This document shows, piece by piece, positions 49,939 to 63,853 of a stretch of DNA of 64,000 nt (within the stretch, counting starts at the first letter, position 1; every line of letters starts with the position of its first letter). Source of the DNA: Octopus sinensis. Its lineage: Eukaryota. The position numbers and the translations under genes are program-made. The stretch is from contig NC_042998.1 of assembly GCF_006345805.1 (NCBI RefSeq), forward strand, positions 172,298,001 to 172,362,000. Direction: 5' to 3'. The notes under the pieces are model-generated. The model worked only from the letters and a program-made list of their open reading frames with translations, made no database searches and was not told the DNA's origin.

Positions 49939-52900
49939 AATAATATAAAAAAACATCATTGAAATATCAACATTACAAGATAATGCATTCATTCAAAAAC
50001 AATGTAAATAAATAAGCATTACATTTGAATAATCTGAATGCTAAAGGGTTAAACATAAAAATATACTTCACTTTGCTAAATTATTTCATTCTTGCTGACT
50101 TTCAAACAGTTATATGCAAATTAGCTTACCTGTTATCAGTATATTTTTATGTAGATGTAATTTGCAAGCTCCCTGTACAATGTCAGTGGACTTTGATAAT
50201 GATTTGTGTTAGAAACCATTATGGTTAATCTAACATCTATGTTGCTTAGCCATTATTCACTTCAGTATGTTTTAGTATTGTGATACAATAAATTTAACAT
50301 GAAACACTAGTTAATAGAGAAAATACTAAAAGGTGAATCTGGTTTTTCTTTTGTAATGAAATAACTAAGTCTGTTGTTCCGGTCAGTCCACTCCTAGAAT
50401 AATTACAAATTCTTGGTAACACAATTTACTGGTTTGATTTACAAAGGTTGTAGTAAATGGTTTTCACAACAGGCTGAATAATTTAGTTTAGGTTATATCA
50501 ACAACTGCTGTATAATTTCTACATGCAGTAACGTATCATATAGACTATCTTCTGATTTTATTTTTACAAATGTGTTGCTCCTGTCCAATTATGAGAAAAA
50601 TTAACATTTGATTCGAGATAAAATTTGTACCATAATAATAAGGCAAGGTATATTACAAAGGAAATTTTTTACTCCTGTTATTCATCTTTTATTTTTGTAA
50701 GGGAGTTATATTATGTTTACAGTTAGTCAATCTTACAAGGATTTTTAGAGTTTTAATCTAAAATGTTAAAACGGTAAGTTTTCCAGGGTTCAGTTAGTGT
50801 GTCCAACTCTTATTGTATTTTTTGATTTTTTTTCCTTCTTTTTTTTTTTTTGGTATGTGTTTGTGTTTAATGCTGTTGACAAATGGACATCTCTTCTAAC
50901 CAAATTTTGATGATCCTGAAGCTCCTTGTATCCCATTGATTTCTTTTAATATATATATATATTTTGGTATTTTTTTTCTCTTTCCTTGCAGGTTATTTGC
51001 AACACTGCTCCTCCACATGTTTTCTATCTTCCTCCTTTTCTAATTGTGACTACTACCCTCCTTGTAATCCCCTTCCTCACACTCATTTTATTTCTCTCAT
51101 GGTATCTACCCATTAACATTAACTAAAACTTTTTCTCTTTTACAGGATACCTCCTGCAGGCTAACTGAGCCTACTTCCAAGTTTTCTTGTGATTCCTCAT
51201 TTATTCACAATCTATCCATAGTATACCCCTTACTAATTCTACTGCTGTGTCATCTCATTTCATTTATCCTCAATTTCTTCTCCCACTAATTACTCATAAG
51301 TTCCACACTGCGATTTACTTTTTGCTAGTCATCACCAATATTTGTACTTCTTGCTGGCACTCTTCAAAATAATTGCTTTCAAATTTGGCAGATTTTTTAT
51401 TAAATCTTAAATAAATATCATCAGAAGGCTTTAGGCACTGCATTTTATAGTGCATCAAGTGATAAACATCTCAGTAAGAAAAATTTTTCAGTTTTGAAAA
51501 TTACAAATGATACCTGATTATTAATAAAACATTTCTTGATTAATGTTAATGATACTTTGTATATGTTCATCAAAAAAAAAAAGAGAAAAGAAAAGATTTA
51601 TTTATTTTATATATTAGCTTTCCTTGGACAATGTATAAAGTATTACTTTAATTAATTCTTTTTATAATGTTTCACCTGCTACCATGTGTAAATAAATACA
51701 TTTTAATCTAGATTTTAATTCAAATTTTTAATGCAGCTTCCCAATTTTTAAAATTGTTAAAGCATCTTAGTTTCTGGAGAGCTCTAATTGCATATTTTTT
51801 TTTTCTTTCAAATCTATGTTGGGTGTTATTCATGATGAAATTAAAGTTGCATTGTTAATTCGACTGGTAATTTACCTGTTCATGTTATTGGCCACTTTGA
51901 AAATATCAGCTGCTATTATACACAGTTTTAAGATATATTTGTATGGATTATCCTACTTAATCATTCTATATCTTCATCATTTTATTTTCACTTTTCCAAT
52001 ACTAACTTTATAATTGCTCAAGCATTGAGATTGCAATAACTGTGTTGTATAAAAAAAAGATATGTCAGCAGTGCATAATTCCTTCTGAAATCAACAATTA
52101 AAAACTCACTTTACATTTTTACAGTCTTTTTTTTCTAATACTGAATTTGCTTTTGGAGAAGACACAATTTGATTTTCCCATCAATAAAAATTGGAAGATT
52201 TAGACTATTTCTCCTTAAGTCATCTGTTCAGTTTGAGGGAACCATAAGTGTGCTAGGCTTGTATAATATATAGGTGTATTGCTAAGAAACACCTGAAAGC
52301 TTGCTTGATTGCCATGAAACCTGCAACTCTATTATATGCTATTAGTATGTAATGTAACATCTGATAGTTAGCATGTTAGTAAACAGATGAAATATTTTAA
52401 TTGTCAGTAACAGCAGGGAATGAACCAGATATTTTCCTTCTGTTCCATATGTTGGACTATTTTTGATTCTGCTAGCTTTTATGCATGCATTTTCTGCAAT
52501 TCAGTTGTTTGTCTCCTTTCAGTAACTGGTAATTAGTAAAAATTTAGTCGTATAAAAGACTTGCCATATGTCATTAGGGCAAGAACATGAAACCAGCAAG
52601 TGGTACTAATATTGTGGCAAATCAATTGTATGCTGTTAATTTACCAAGAACCAAATATATTCAATCATGAAATACTTTCTTTCAGTCTTTTTGTTGTGTT
52701 ACTTCTTCAACACAGTAGTGTAGCATCATTTTAGCCATTACTCAAAAGTGAAACCCCACCCACCCCCACTTAAAATTTTTTTTGTTTAATTATCTATTCT
52801 ATATCTAGTTTATGAAACAGTTTTATGTACATATCACTTTTAAGTAATGGTATAAATTTATGTTACGATCCAGTTTTTGTTACTTTTGACCTGAGGGGAA

Positions 52901-55900
52901 AATAAGGTTGTTTCTCCATATTGCCATAGATTGTAACTATATAATTTTAAACATAATGTATACTTTTGATAGAAATTTTTTTCTTGAGTCATAGATATTT
53001 TGGAAAACTTGACAAAATTCCTTGTAATACTTTTGTTATTTTGAGTTAAAATCCTGCTGGGGTTGACTTTCAGCTAACTGGACTCAGTAAAAGCCAAGAA
53101 TTCAGTTTTTTTTTTAAAGTTCTGGTTTATTTTTACTGATCAGACGTTCCAACCATAACCATCCCATTTTTGATCTTTCAGACAGTGAATCTATGGTCTC
53201 TCTCTCAGAGCTGATGGGGGCTGAAGTGAATTAAATTAGGCTATTTGGAGCAGGTTAAGGGACTATTTGAGATTCCTCATTTGGATTGTTAGTATACCAG
53301 TCAAGTGCTAAGCTTTATTAAGTAAACACACATGTATCACAAAATTTGTGGCTTTGTACCAGATTGAGAAACCCTGTTATATGTGAGGGATACTTCTGTC
53401 AAATACATTGTATGAATATTCAGTTTTTGTTAAATGACCTTCACAAATAATTTCTTTATATTAATGAAATGTATGTGCTGTACATTAGCTCACTCACTCC
53501 TCTCAAATTAACGCTACCTGAACAGGTGCACATTGCACCAAATGTCAGGTTTCACAGTGATTGCTGAGCAATATGAGATGTGTTTTGCTCAAGAACACAA
53601 TGCACTACCCAGTCCAGAAAATGAAACCACAATCTCACGATTGTGAGTACAGCGCCCTTACCATTAGGCCATGCATCCTCACTATGTTATCTGTCTATCC
53701 ATTCACAGACACACACATACACTCACAATTTGATATTCCAGTGATCTGATGAGCTAGCTTTCTTCATCTGCAATGGTTTGTGAATATACAATTGTATAAT
53801 GTGTAGCGTGCATATCAATATGGACATGTAAACAATTTATTATACACTGAAATTTATTATTGCGTTAAGAAGGCTGTGAAATGGCCAGTTGAAGAATTCT
53901 TTTTGTCTCCAAGATGATGGCAAAACAGCTGTGATGTATTAAATTCCTCATAACGTTTAGTGACCTTTTCTTTCAAGATGAAATCCAACCAAAACTGACT
54001 TTCCTTTCCAGTACACTTTAGCCAGAAATTATCAGTTATATACACTTCCCTGACAAACTTGTAATCATTTCTATACTGTAATATATGCTAATAAGTGATT
54101 TGTCAGTGTACAGTAATAATGGCAATCTTTCGGAAGAAGGAACAACACTAATGTCCAGCCTTTTTCTTTGTATTCAAAGCTTAGATCCCTTTGGAGATGG
54201 TTTTTCCTTTTATTCATGTGGAGCTTAATCAAAACAACTGTGAACATAAGATGTACTTATCCCCACCACAACACATACTAAAAGAAAGTCTCAAAAATAA
54301 TCACCCAAGGCCCTATGTAGGAAGTTGGGCCTTCTATAAGCTAATATTACACACTTTGATGCACTAAGCTCTTTTCATGAATATGCATTTCTAAAATTGG
54401 GGTGTATCTAATGTGCCTGTGTGTCTTTCATGTCATCAAATATGGTAGCTTATTTAATCAGTCACACCCTCAACCTCAGAATTTGTGGATTGGACTCCTT
54501 ATTGGAAATCATCATCATCATATAATTTGAGACCAAAACATTTAGAATAACTATTATTGTCCTTTCAGGTCACTTTGTATTTTAAGAATTTTCTAATATT
54601 TTCTTTTCAATTTTTAAAATTTTCTTTTTTTCTTTCAAGTCAATCTTTCTTGTTTATTTCTTAATGTATAGTGCAAATTTCATCTATTTCTGAATTGTTT
54701 CCGTCACTTTATTGAAAATTTTCGTCTTTGTGTACATTGAATACATTAGGAAGCAATGGAAATGAAGCTTTATCCTTTCAGCAAATGATTCATCAAAATT
54801 AATGCTTTTAGTATATTAGCTTTATATCACATAACATTGACTTCAACATGTTGAATGTAATCCAGTGTTAGAGAATTTGCATTTTTCATTTTTTTTTTCT
54901 CTTTTCTTTTACTCATGTTCAAGAAACCAAACTAACATTTTCCAGGAGATTTAAAAACGGAATTAGTTCAGTGTAGGACTCTTCCCTCAGGCTTATTGGA
55001 TTGGAGTGCTACCTATTTTTTTCATATTTATGGAAGTATTCTCCTCTTTTCAGAGAAGCTACCATTGCTCATAATTCTTTAGTGTTGCCAATTGCCCATA
55101 GCGCTTGATCTGCTGTCATCCACAAATCATATTTCATATTGAAACAAACACACACGCACACATTCTCTATCTCCCCCTCTCTCTCTTTATTGTATTTTAC
55201 ATTTTGTTCTGTAATTCTAGATTTCAATTAATCACTGAAGTAATCTTCCTAATGTTGATACACTGACATTGTCCTTATTGCTCTCTTCAAATAAATGGTA
55301 TTTGAGCTAAATCCTTCGATCAAGATAAAACTCTTAATAGCATCATGCAAATTCTTGAGGAGGTAGACGGTGTAGATTATGTATTTAATCAACCATTGCG
55401 CCTATTTCACTATCTGTATGATTATAGAATAAGTTACCTTTCACATTAGTCGACAGAATTTTATTCAAAATTAATCTTAGTAACTTTGCCAGTGATCCAG
55501 TGACATTTGCTAACTTGTTTGTTGAGTGCAACCACATAAAATATCAAATCACAGGTAATATTTAGCTGTGGCATCTCTGAAATTCTGCTTTGTCATTATT
55601 CTTGGTACTCTCTGATAGAACTTCAGTCCATGGTCCTTGACTTATATTCCAATACTTTAATATTTCCATCTTATTGCATGGGTGGGGTGGGGTTTAAGTT
55701 GTTCTGTTTTCAGTAGTCAAATTCAATCATCTTGGCAAGTAAAAATGTAAACTAGAAGTAATGGAGCAGACTATTAAATCATATGGAGAAACCAAAATCA
55801 TTTTGAAATTCATAAAGCATTTGGGCAAATAAAATCTTTTGGTAAAGCTAGCTTAAATGATATGCACTAATCTTAATGTAGTAATTTGTTCTTCTTTCTC

Positions 55901-57795
55901 ATTGGTTTAAAATATATTAATATGCAGGTTGTTTATATTCAAAAGACATATTCACCAATTTCAAAATTTATTTCTAGTTTGTCTGAGTTGTTTTAGTTAA
56001 GTCTCAATATAAACATGTACTAGACTGTTTTTTAAGAAAAATAGTTCAGTCTGCCATTTATCTATATTGGTTCATCCTTATGTTGTTAGTCATGAAAGTA
56101 TTCTTGTGTTGTGGCTATATAAAACCTATCTGATTTCTGTCTTGTGGAAAAATTTTGGAGGAAATGATTAAACCATGGCAGTTATTGTATAATGTTCTTA
56201 TGATTTGGTTGTTGTTTAACTCTCGTCTTGATTAGCTTTTGAATGCCTATGATAAAAGGTCTCCTAGCTAATATTATCTTGCTTCCCTGTCTTCCTGAAA
56301 CGTAGTATACCTGAGAGTACATTGCCTGATGCGTTTTTTCATTTATGATGGAGTGTCATTTGGTTACTATTTCTTGCAAATTTCTTTGCTGGCTCTGGTT
56401 ATGAATTTGAGAGCTAAGCGACATTGTATAATACTAGTAAGTAATAGTTTATTGTATTGAATTAGTCAGTTGTCTGTACCATCTTTACTGTATGTAATAG
56501 GATTTATGAAGAATTCTGTTGTAAAAAAAGAAAAAAAAAAGTAATTGCTTTAACTTTCATATAAAATTTTTGTTTTCCTTATTTAATTTTAAAACATGTC
56601 GTAAGGCTTTCTGGATTTAAAGAATGAGTTAGACACACGAAGGTTATTTATCATTGGACTATTATCCTTATTTCAGATGCTTCAGATTAATACCCTATAT
56701 TCAGCTGTTTCTTAGAATGCTGTTTATATATAAACTTGTGTAAACTGATACCAGAGAATAATTACATAAGAATTTAAATTTAACTCTGCAAAACATTGAC
56801 GTAAGAGTTGATTAGATTTCTCTGTTGAATATGTATCTTTGTTCAAAAAGAAACTTATACACTTGAGCATTGTTTAACAGTTTTAAGACGTGTGGGTTTT
56901 GTGTGTGTATGTGTTAAGATATATATATATATATATTTAATAGGAATTTATATTACTCTCCAAGTTAGCATTTTCTTTTATAAATATTTTGTTGGTGGAT
57001 CTTTGATCAATTGAATGATTATTTTCCCTTTTATAGTTAAAAGGGTTTCTGTGGTTATTTCATAGTCTCTCTTTTCTTCAGTTGCCCTTGTACAGTTTTA
57101 CAGATTTTTTATTTCAGTTACGTAATATACATAATATTTTTGGATAGGTATTCTCTTTAAAGAAGGAATTTAAAATGTGATATTACCTAGCTCTAGGTTT
57201 GTATATGAATACAAAAAATTAAGATAGATATTGACTTGGCATCTGAGAGGGAATGTTTCCTCATCTGGCTCAGACTGACTCTGATGTTGGATATTATTAA
57301 TAATAATAATAATGATGATGATGATAAACTTTCATTCTTGTTTTCTATGAATTGTGGGTCTGAAATAATTAAGGACTAAAAAGTAAATGCACAAATATAT
57401 GGTGCTTTAATATTTGTAATTTATTTATATTTAGAAGTAGATGAGGAATATATGGATAATTTCTTATTTTTAGAAGTTTACTCATTTAGTTTTATCAACA
57501 TCATCATATGATAATAAAAATCTTTAGAAATCAAACCTGCCATTTCCATGTGAATTGTTTCCATATGGATTGTTTTGCTCTTTTGGGCAAGACATGATTG
57601 CCAAAACTACTTCATTTTTTTAATCCTGTAACCCAAGTTTCTAATTACATTAAATTATCATAAATCACCTTTTCCAAGTATATGCCATCTGAAAGAAGCA
57701 CTTGTATGCCAAACAACCAGATCAAGAGATTTTGCATTATACAGATTTGTTATATCTCCAATTATTTAAAATTTAGAATTTTAAATATATATTGT

Positions 57796-58272
57796 TGTAC
57801 ATTATTTACAATGGATGGATAGGTGTCCTCACCTTGTTTGTTGTTGCCACATTTTAGTTGATGTACTTTCTAGTCTTCATCAGGTGTTCTGGTGGAATTT
57901 CAAACCCAGCCCTTTATTTGATTAATGGAGTACTCTGTTCTCATTCCTAAGGTATTCTGTTTTGCTGATGTTATTTCTCAAGTCCCTGCCTGGGATTGAA
58001 CTGGGATTGAAGCATAGCATGGGCTACTAACCCTCAAATTCTGAATTCAATCCCAGGCAGGGACTTGGGAAATAATATATACAGAAAAAAATAATATCAG
58101 CAAAAACAGAAACCTTAGGAACGATAATAGAGTACCCCATTAGTCAAATAAAGGGTTGGGTTTGAAATTCCACCAGAACACCTGATGAAGGCTGGAGTGT
58201 ACATCAGCCAAAATGTTGTGATAACAACAGACAAGGTTAGGACACCTATCTGTCCATTGTAAATAATGTACA
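57796..58272. repeat. Inverted pair (about 205-225 bp arms, 45-nt spacer) of a tRNA-headed element with a Penelope-like 3' part
   Basis: tgtacattatttacaatgga/tccattgtaaataatgtaca at the ends; cttcatcaggtgttctggtggaatttcaaaccca/tgggtttgaaattccaccagaacacctgatgaag internally. Confidence 0.85.
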
Positions 58273-61200
58273 TAATTCCTCATCTCAAAAATATAGACTA
58301 TAGATTGTTGTATTCTAATTTCATGTTAACCTTTATTGACATTGTTGAAATTCTGTTTTTGTTCAGTTATTTAATACATTAAGAAGAATCAGTTTTATTT
58401 TTCTAATATTTTTTTAGTTTGTTAATGCTAAATGACACGAAAAACATTAATACTATTCACCTATATTTGTCTACACATGCATACACATATTTGATTGTGT
58501 TGCTGTTTGGTTATCTATGTTTTGCATTAGCATATCTTGAATCCTTCACATAATCTTAGAGACTACAGGTGTTGCCATTTTTTCATGCTGACATGTGTTA
58601 TGATAGTTGTGTAGGTTATATATGTCCGAGTGTTGGAGCCAAAATTTAACAGTTGGATTTCTTTGTTGACCAATTCCATTCAGTGGAAGACCGGCTGAAT
58701 TCACTAACATTGACTTTTTGACTTTAGAGACAGGCTGAAAGAAATTTCAGTTGATTGCAAAATAGGCATAAATGTGAGAAAAACTTGCTTTCGGTACAAA
58801 TTTGTCTCCATGCTAAATAAGTTTTGAAACTGTTTTAGATATTTCTCTAACACATAATTTACTCACTCATTATTGTCATTGTAATTATTACAATCTCATT
58901 ATAGAGATAGTATTTGACATCAAAGTAATTTCTCATAATGAATCTATAATTTCGCCTTTTCTTTCTTTTCTTTTTTTTTTTTTTAGAAGTGGTCTCAGTT
59001 TCATTATCACAAACTGTTAATCTTTCAAATTAGCATTTGACAATCCACCAAATCTTCCTCTTTTTTTAATTTCTTTATTTTCTTACCTGCTCTGGTGCTA
59101 GGTGGCACTTACATAGAATATTCACTACCTTGCAGAGAGTACAATATCTCCCCCACCACGACTTATAATTAAAATCTCCATATATTACCATGTCTGAATG
59201 CTTGTCTTATCAAATTGATGTAGTTAAATTTATATATAAATTATGGTATTTTATATTTTCTCAATCTGAATTGACAAAAATGTAGTTTTTTTTTTTTTTT
59301 TAATCCTTTTCATAGGTAAAATTTTATTTCGAAATAAACCTAAGGGGTTGTGACCCACTAATGTAGTGCAATGAAGTTGTTTAAAAATAAACACAAAATT
59401 CACTCTAAATTCAGAAAATGATTCCCCAAATAAACTTTTTAAATATTTGAGAAAGTACTTTGAATTTCCTTAAATCTTACCTTGTTTTGCTCTTCTATAT
59501 TTTTACTATCTTTGGTAATAACATGATTTTGTTTAATCTGGTATAGACTAAATGCTTATTTCTTTTTCTTTTCTTTCCTATAAGCAGCTTAATATTAAAG
59601 AGCACACATCACATAAATTTCATTTCCTTATTCTATTCAGTTCCTGAAGAATCATTCCTCTGTGCCATTATGTGTAAATTATATACATATATATATATAT
59701 ATAAAACCTATGTCAGCACGGAAAGTGGATGTTAAATGAAGATGGTAGACATTTAGATTTTGATGTCTCTTTGTAATATTGTGGAATCCAGATTCACTTA
59801 CTTCACGTACAAGAAAATTTCTCTTGATAAGCAAATTTTTTTAAAGTCATGATAGCCTCCACTTCACTCACCTACCATCAGTTTGTTGCCTCTTTCCCTA
59901 TATAGTTGCTGCTTCTCTGAAGTTGTTTGTGCTACACTACTAAATACCTGGTACACATATATTTTCTTCCTAACGTTGTTACTCTCATTTTCTTCATCAT
60001 ACACTCTACATTAAACAGTCTTCTTAATCTTTCAACTTTCTCCTCACCCTACCTATGTGTTCACACAAAGCATTTACATAAGCATCAACTTTATCTACCA
60101 TTCTCTTGTGCAGATGTTGACTACTGTTGAATGAACATTAAAAAAGAAAATACAATTAAGTTTACTTGAGCGAGTTCAACAAATCTTATTCACTTTTCAT
60201 TGCCATACATTATGGCACTCCTTTATGTATACAAAAAGATTTCTTGAAGAAGTTTGAAGTTTCGCAGATTAATGCTTGTGTTGAAAACTTGGGCTGGTGG
60301 TGTATCCACCTGAGGAGATGGATTAAGATGTTTAAGGTGGTGTTCTGTGTGGTGTTTCGTTGTACATGGTTAGAGAGTAATGATATCAAAAGGAAGGGAA
60401 GCAAGTTCATTAGGCGGCACACTGTTTGCAATTCTGAAAGGCAGAACTGGTTTTGAAGACAGTAGAGAAGCAGTAAATCTTTGAGCTAGTGGTTATTATG
60501 AATCTTTGCTAATTAGAGGTATAGCCATGTGTGTATAGTGGTAAAACCATCTTAGATATGTAACAGGATTTTAATGTAGGTCAGTGAAGGGCTCTGCTTG
60601 AAACATTTGATATTACCTCTTTTCATGATAATACCCCTGCTTCTGCTCTTAAGCTATTGAATCTCGTAATTATAGACCATCTCTAGTCTCCTTGCGTTCT
60701 AATGAATATGTTTCACTCCCAGAATCAATTCCATCTGCCTACATACCAAAGAAATTTCATATAGCAATAACCGTCTAATAATTCTGTATATTTTGGTTTC
60801 ACGTTATTTTCTTGCTACCAACTACTTAAAAGTCTGTTGAATGAGAAAGTACCTGTAACTCTTATTAATGCCTGCTTATGTCATTAGTAATAAATAAGTG
60901 TTTCAGTATTTTACACACATAGGCTGGTAATCTAGTCAGACATAGAACTCTTCATAATTACATGTATTACTAGCATCCTTAGTAACACAAATATGAAAAG
61001 TTATGCTGATTTAATATACATTAATATTCTTTTAGGTGTGCTTTTTTTTTTTTTCTTTTAAAAAAGAACCAGAAACATAACTCATTAAATTAGAGAATAG
61101 AAATATACAGGCAACACTGATGCAGTAAGGTTAAATTAATCTCATCATTGTTTTATTTTATATGTGGCAATTGTTTGATCCTTTTGTGTCACCATGTTTC

Positions 61201-63805
61201 AAGAATTTAGGCTAGGGCTCTGATCTTAGAATAACTTTCCACTTGTATCAGAGGACTTGAAAGGGTCTTGAATATGCTTTTCTCATCTAAGAAATAAAAA
61301 AAAAAAATTACAATCTATAATTTTATTTTGCATAGTTTCTCTGGAAATCTTGTTTATTTTTCTACACTTTTTATATGCTCTTTAAAATCAATTTGTATTT
61401 TCTCTCCCACCCCTGATTCGTTTTTGTCTATTGTTTTATCAGTTTTCTATTGTGTTGTAGAAATCATGACTGTTTTAGGGTTCTGTATATGTGGATGTTG
61501 ATTAATCAGTATCAACCACTCTTAATAGGCTTCTTGTAATTTCATTCTTGTGAGGAAGGAATGGATATCTTATTGCACACTGAAATTTAAGTAGATTCAG
61601 AGCAGACTTTGAGAAGTGTGACAGGTATCTTTTGAGGGCCATCTTTAAGTATTCTTAAACGACTGCTACAGAAAGTGATCTACTGAAAGCTTTGTAAGAT
61701 CAGAAGATTGTAGTGCTCCTATGAGGACATTGTAATTTTTATCACTGTGATTTAAAAAAAAAATTAATGAAGCTGTATATCATATTGACAGTTAAGTCAG
61801 ATCCACCGAAAGTCTTTTTATTTCCATCTGTTATTTGTAGGTAAAGGATATTTAATAAACTATAGCATTGTATATGTATGCTTGCAACTTATGTTTTTTT
61901 TCCATACCTAGTTTCATTTATATTTCATCTGTAGTTTCCTAACCCTTCTATCAATACTTCAGCAATGTCACACATGCACATTTATATCATACAGCAAATG
62001 GCTTATTTGAAAGAAAAATAATCCATGTCAAGGATGATCTTTTCTTTTTGTATTTTGTTGCTTGAGACAATATTACTAACACACTCTACTTATGTATGCC
62101 AGATTATTATGAATTTTATTAAGCATAATTTACTTTTTAGTTATAAGCAAAATGTTTATACACCAGTTTGGTTCTGTTATTTGAAAATTCTGTCAGATTA
62201 TTGACTGATTCCATTGTGATGTGCATCTTCAATAACCTGCCTCATTTTCTTTTCTTTGATTTACTTTTAAAACAAGAATTTTCAGAAATTAAATGTCAAC
62301 TCTGAATGTAACAAATTCTAAATTAGCCCCCTACCTTATTTTTTTCCCCCTTTTTTAATGTTTTGTTTGAAGAAACTAATTTGCATGGGATCTCAGTTTT
62401 TTCTTTCCCGTTTTGCTAGATAAATTTATTTTGCGTGCTTCTTGATTGCTATTTGGTTCCCTCACTAACCTGTACTAAACTGGCAGCTACATGTATACAT
62501 GGTTGGTTCTCAATTACTTTTTTTTTAATGTATAAACATTGATATTTTTCAATTATTTAGTACAATTGAAATTCAAGTTGCCTTTTCCACTATTATTATT
62601 TTTTTTTTTTTAGTTTTTTTTCCTCCCCTCTTCTGTCTTTTTACCAATTTTTGTTAGTTGTCATACTTTCTCAATAATACAACTCCCTAAAATTACCATC
62701 ATTAATAGCACTTACAAAACATGAAAACTATAACCGCCTAGTCTCTATCTTTCTCCCCACTGAAATTTAATCTTAAATGCCCGAGACTTGTTGGTTACAT
62801 GGCTCAACACACTCCATCATAATCTGCCTTGGAAAATGTAGATGGATCCAATTATGCGTCTAAGATAATTTATTAATTATACAGGTTGGTATTTACATCT
62901 ATTGCTATTAATTTAAAAACAACTTGTTGAATGAATTCACAAAATCTTCAAGCTTACCCCCTGTTCTGTTAGGTTCTATTTCAAAGTTTATTAGATTAGA
63001 TTTTTAACTAATTCTCTCAAATGTTGGTTAACTAACATATCTTGTTCTTGATAAAATGTAAACTAGTTTAAAATATTAATTAAAGGAGCTTTCTCTTAGA
63101 TTAACACAATGATTCAAACTACTTTTTGCCACAAGGAGAACAAGTTCTCTTTGAAATAAAAGTATTTTTTCATTAAGTTCTTTTGGAATTTTTGTTTGTT
63201 AATTTTTCTCATCTTTTGATTGGTTCATATATTTTTATACTCCAGTATTTTAAAATTGTATTAGTTTAGCATATTGTCAGTCTTTTGAAAAGAGATAAAC
63301 AAATATTTACCCAGCAAAGCGCTGATAATAAGCAGAAGAAACATAGCAAGGCAACATCTTTTTTTTCCCTTATAGTCATTTTGTCTGTTTGTTTGATTTG
63401 CTAACAAATATTAATCCTATGTGTGTCAAGTAGGTCATAGTGTTATAAAACTTTTCTCTGTTTAAAATGTTACTAATATTTGTGGTATAAACTTTCAACT
63501 GTTTTTTTTTTTTTTCCTTTTGTGAAACTGAAGTTCCAGCATTTAAGATGGAATTTTTGGATTCATATACTTTGTTCCTTGGGTTTTACCAATGTTAGGA
63601 AAATATAACAGTATATCATTATATTTAATCAATCTTCATATAAAACCTGTTAACTTTTCTAGACAACCAGCTGCTGAGGTTGTAATTTAAATCTTAGTAT
63701 TTTCTTCAATAAAAGTAAGATGGGTGTGCAAACATTCATCTATATAAAGTATGACTTAGGACAGTAACCTTTCTGCAAATCTTTTTAATAAATATTACCT
63801 ACATC

Positions 63806-63853
63806 CACTGTCATCTTGCAGATGTCCATGCCGACGTCTGCAAGATGACAGTG
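63806..63853 (+). other. Near-perfect 21-bp hairpin with a 6-nt loop
   Basis: cactgtcatcttgcagatgtc-catgcc-gacgtctgcaagatgacagtg: 20 Watson-Crick pairs plus one G-U. Confidence 0.9.

Larger units (their letters stand above)
49005..50052. mobile_element. piggyBac-like MITE (family of 19970) split into three pieces by two SINE insertions
   Basis: TTAA-cctttaagcagttaaac at 49005; middle piece at 49438-49527; 3' piece catcattgaaat...aatctgaatgctaaaggg-TTAA ending 50052. Confidence 0.7.

Noticed and set aside
53182-53225. Exon-like segment reading DSESMVSLSELMGAE
   Set aside because: It needs a phase-1 entry, whereas the upstream donors are phase 0 (which gives TGA), and it borders a repeat-like sequence.
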